A stretch of 64,000 nucleotides of DNA, taken from contig CABMCJ010000004.1 of NCBI GenBank assembly GCA_902384585.1, positions 770,086 to 834,085 of the forward strand. The letters are read 5' to 3'. Source of the stretch: Candidatus Anstonella stagnisolia (GTDB taxonomy: Archaea > Micrarchaeota > Micrarchaeia > Anstonellales > Anstonellaceae). This document shows, piece after piece, positions 61,942 to 64,000 of this stretch; positions within the stretch are counted from its first letter, which is position 1, and each line of letters opens with the position of its first letter. The notes below the pieces were generated by a model. It was not told the origin of the DNA. It was given only the letters and a program-made list of their open reading frames with translations, and did no database searches. A program made the translations under genes and the position numbers.

Positions 61942-63126
61942 TCATATTACTGTTTTCAAAAATTCATCATGTATCTTTATAACGTCAAGCTGCCTGCATG
62001 CAGCCTTGCATCCCAGCACGAGCGCAATGCTGGGTTTTGTCCTCCCCTCATCCGAGCTTGCGAACTCCTTCACGTACGTGCCCGCATCAGTTTTCAGATG
62101 CACCCTAAGGAGCCCGCCTTCCACTTTCGCCCCAAGCAAATACACGTTCCTTTTGCGCGCCAAATCGCTTCTTCTATGCAGCACCCTCGTGGGAGTCTGC
62201 TGCACAAGCTCCACAAACCCCCCTGAAAACATTTTTTGCATCTTCTCCACGTCGCTCTCCAATGCATCCCGCTGCAAATCCACGAGCATGTCATACTCCT
62301 TTTCAAAGTGGGACGTGCACACGATTTCAATCGCATTCTTGTTCGTTGCCTTAACGCCGCCCACCTTTATTTCTTTCCCGGCGTTCAGTTCCTTTTCAAA
62401 ATTCCCTCTTCTCTTTTTTGGCGAAATTACCTCAAGCACGAACGGCCTGCCGCTTCCCTTCATGCACACGTCCACGTCCTCCCTCCCGCTCGCATGCAGT
62501 GACGCATCCGTTGCCCCAAAAACCTTTTTCGCAGCCTCGCGCATGACATCCTCAATCGCAACATACATCCTTCCAGTCCCGTTGCATTTTGCGCATAAGG
62601 CCCCTCTTGCCTTACCGCTCCCGTTGCATTCATTGCAGCCCCAGCTGCTCTGCGCCATGCTCCTTGAGAATTTGCAGTAATGCCCAAAAAGATAAAGCGG
62701 CGCAGCACTCGCGCTTCCCTTCCCCTTAAGGAAATCAACTGAAAAAAGCGCATCGGGGTTTTTCGCGTCCATTTTTTTCCCAGTCCGTTTTTCTATTTCC
62801 GCAGCCGCAGCACGGTTCACGACGTTCTTTATGCACATGCATTTTTCCGGTGCGCACACATCAAAAAGCTCCTCTTCGCGCGCAAAAATTTCCCGCTGCA
62901 TGCTGCTGCTCACTGCAAACGTTTCCCACTCAAATCCTTTGGACTGCAAAATTGCCTCATCCAAAAGCTGCCCCATTTTTGCAAAAACCCCCCTGCACAA
63001 AAAGCATTTTTCATCCGCCACCCTCAGTATTTTTTCATGCGCAGCAGCGCAGAATTTGCAAATGCCTGTTTTTTCCATATTCCCAATCCCCTTCTTCCCC
63101 GTGTCGGCGTTGATATGGGTGAGCAT
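61942..63126 (-). CDS. pus10: tRNA pseudouridine-54/55 synthase Pus10
   Basis: The N-terminal zinc motif is CKFC...CFLCRG and the catalytic block is SGREDVDVCMKGSGRPFVLEV. An alternative start is ATG 63078. Confidence 0.85.
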   Translation of the reverse strand: MLTHINADTGKKGIGNMEKTGICKFCAAAHEKILRVADEKCFLCRGVFAKMGQLLDEAILQSKGFEWETFAVSSSMQREIFAREEELFDVCAPEKCMCIKNVVNRAAAAEIEKRTGKKMDAKNPDALFSVDFLKGKGSASAAPLYLFGHYCKFSRSMAQSSWGCNECNGSGKARGALCAKCNGTGRMYVAIEDVMREAAKKVFGATDASLHASGREDVDVCMKGSGRPFVLEVISPKKRRGNFEKELNAGKEIKVGGVKATNKNAIEIVCTSHFEKEYDMLVDLQRDALESDVEKMQKMFSGGFVELVQQTPTRVLHRRSDLARKRNVYLLGAKVEGGLLRVHLKTDAGTYVKEFASSDEGRTKPSIALVLGCKAACRQLDVIKIHDEFLKTVI

Positions 63127-63287
63127 ATTTAAATGTTGCGCTCATAAAAATTTCCAGCAACGGCGGGAGGCTGTGTTGCCCGAAATACCAAAAGGCTTAT
63201 AAATAAGTTGTGGTCTAAAATAGTAATATTATGGTTATAAGCATTTTGGCAGCACGCGCGACCAGCATAGTTGCCAAAGGTGATTTA

Positions 63288-64000
63288 CATGCCACGCGGA
63301 AAGCGAATAGTAATTGAAAAGAAAATAAAAGACCCCGTGATAGGGAAGCTCAAAGGGATTACCATAGACAGCCTCGGCTCTGCGCGCGGCGAGGTTGCAG
63401 ACACTCTCAACGAATCAATCGAGAATATCGTTTCACAGGCAAAGTCCCTCTACGAACAGGACAAGCTTGAGAAAGAGCGCCTGAAAAGCCTTGGGCTTTT
63501 CACGCTCGAAGAGGCATACGACGAGCTCAAGAAAGGAGGCGTAAACCTCTCGTTCCGCGCATTCGGCGGCCGCGTAGAGCGCCGCTCAGTCCGCTCCGAG
63601 AAAATCGGCAAGAAGCGCCTCATTCCCAAACCCGTTATCCACGACTGGGTTGCGCTCAACAAGGATTTCTATTCAGTAAAGCAGGCGTACAAGGAGCTTG
63701 CAAAAGTAGAGAAGCTCAACCTTCGTGCCTTTATCGGCAGGATAGAAAAGCGCTCAATGCCAAGCATAAAAATCGGCACAGCGCGCTGGGTCCCCAAATC
63801 CGCGGTTGAAGCTCTCGTTCACGTGAACAAGAACTACTACTCAGTGGGGAACGCAGTGGGCGTGCTCTCTGCAAAGGGCGTGAAAATAAAGCGCAATGCA
63901 TTTGAGCGCAGGCTTGACCGCAACCGCATCCCGCACGAGAAAATCGGCGGAAAGCGCATGATTGCAAAAGAAGTGATGGACGAGCTCATCCAGAAGGAGC
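63288..64000 (+). CDS. Protein with three tandem excisionase/MerR-type HTH (HTH_17-like) repeats; 3' end beyond the window
   Basis: ATG 63288 has an AAAGGTGA RBS. It is not in the ORF track because it has no stop in the window. Own translation: MPRGKRIVIEKKIKDPV... Three ~55-aa repeats each end in KIG(K/T/G)(K/A)R(L/W/M)(I/V)(P/A)K..(I/V/M)...(V/I). Confidence 0.6.

Noticed and set aside
61619-62680. 353-aa plus-strand ORF.
   Set aside because: It is antisense to Pus10 and the A24 peptidase and crosses their intergenic gap. It is low-complexity Ser/Pro/Leu sequence.
63215-63290. A 7-bp stem (TTTGGCA...TGCCAAA) overlapping the RBS of the triple-HTH gene, considered as a translational riboregulator.
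   Set aside because: It is a single short stem with a 21-nt loop. That is easily a chance occurrence, and I cannot assess conservation.
1-64000. Search for CRISPR arrays, cas genes, integrases, transposases, toxin-antitoxin pairs or other classical defence and mobile islands.
   Set aside because: None were recognised. The PIN protein at 33936..34307 looks like the conserved Fcf1-type rRNA-processing nuclease and has no adjacent antitoxin. The XRE-type HTH genes belong to conserved archaeal regulator families.

Overview
The window is an archaeal chromosomal segment. The evidence is an archaeal histone, TFE, a family-B DNA polymerase, the RFC large subunit, EndA, Pus10, aTrm56, an A1:U72 initiator tRNA, TATA-box and leaderless starts, and GGTG-type RBSs. 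Tightly packed or overlapping genes and Lys-rich tails on core proteins suggest a small-genome, DPANN-like lineage; that placement is inference only. I support about 75 protein genes, 3 tRNA genes, one nonsense-interrupted gene, one clear hairpin terminator and one large AT-rich inverted-repeat element. I saw no rRNA, CRISPR array, integrase or transposase.

Most genes are housekeeping:
- Nucleotide and aminoacyl-tRNA functions: prs, tmk, cysS, pheS, pyrD/pyrK.
- Replication and repair: polB, rfcL, RecJ/Cdc45-like, ogg.
- RNA processing: RNase Z, RtcA, Pus10, Trm56, EndA.
- Lipid-related: inositol-1-phosphate synthase plus a CDP-alcohol phosphatidyltransferase, and GGPP synthase.

Observations worth follow-up:
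1. G/C skew and codon usage are strongly strand-specific, and the polarity inverts at about 32.4 kb. The inversion coincides with a ~200-bp AT-rich element bounded by 25-nt inverted repeats, which makes it a candidate replication terminus/dif or origin.
2. Two tRNA genes carry long introns: tRNA-Glu has a 76-nt intron at the canonical site and tRNA-Lys has a ~97-nt intron inside the T-loop. The EndA homolog in the window appears to lack the catalytic His.
3. A minus-strand operon encodes four pilin-like proteins with class-III-type N-termini plus a VirB2/TrbC-like two-helix protein, and is flanked by two glycosyltransferases. A LamG pilin-adhesin, a prepilin peptidase and an orphan secretion-type ATPase lie elsewhere in the window.
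4. An orphan ClpX-like AAA+ ATPase has an unrecognisable N-terminal domain and atypical composition.
5. A flavoredoxin-like gene is interrupted by an in-frame TAA.

All similarity statements come from motif recognition by eye, and no searches or computations were run. Start codons are best guesses.
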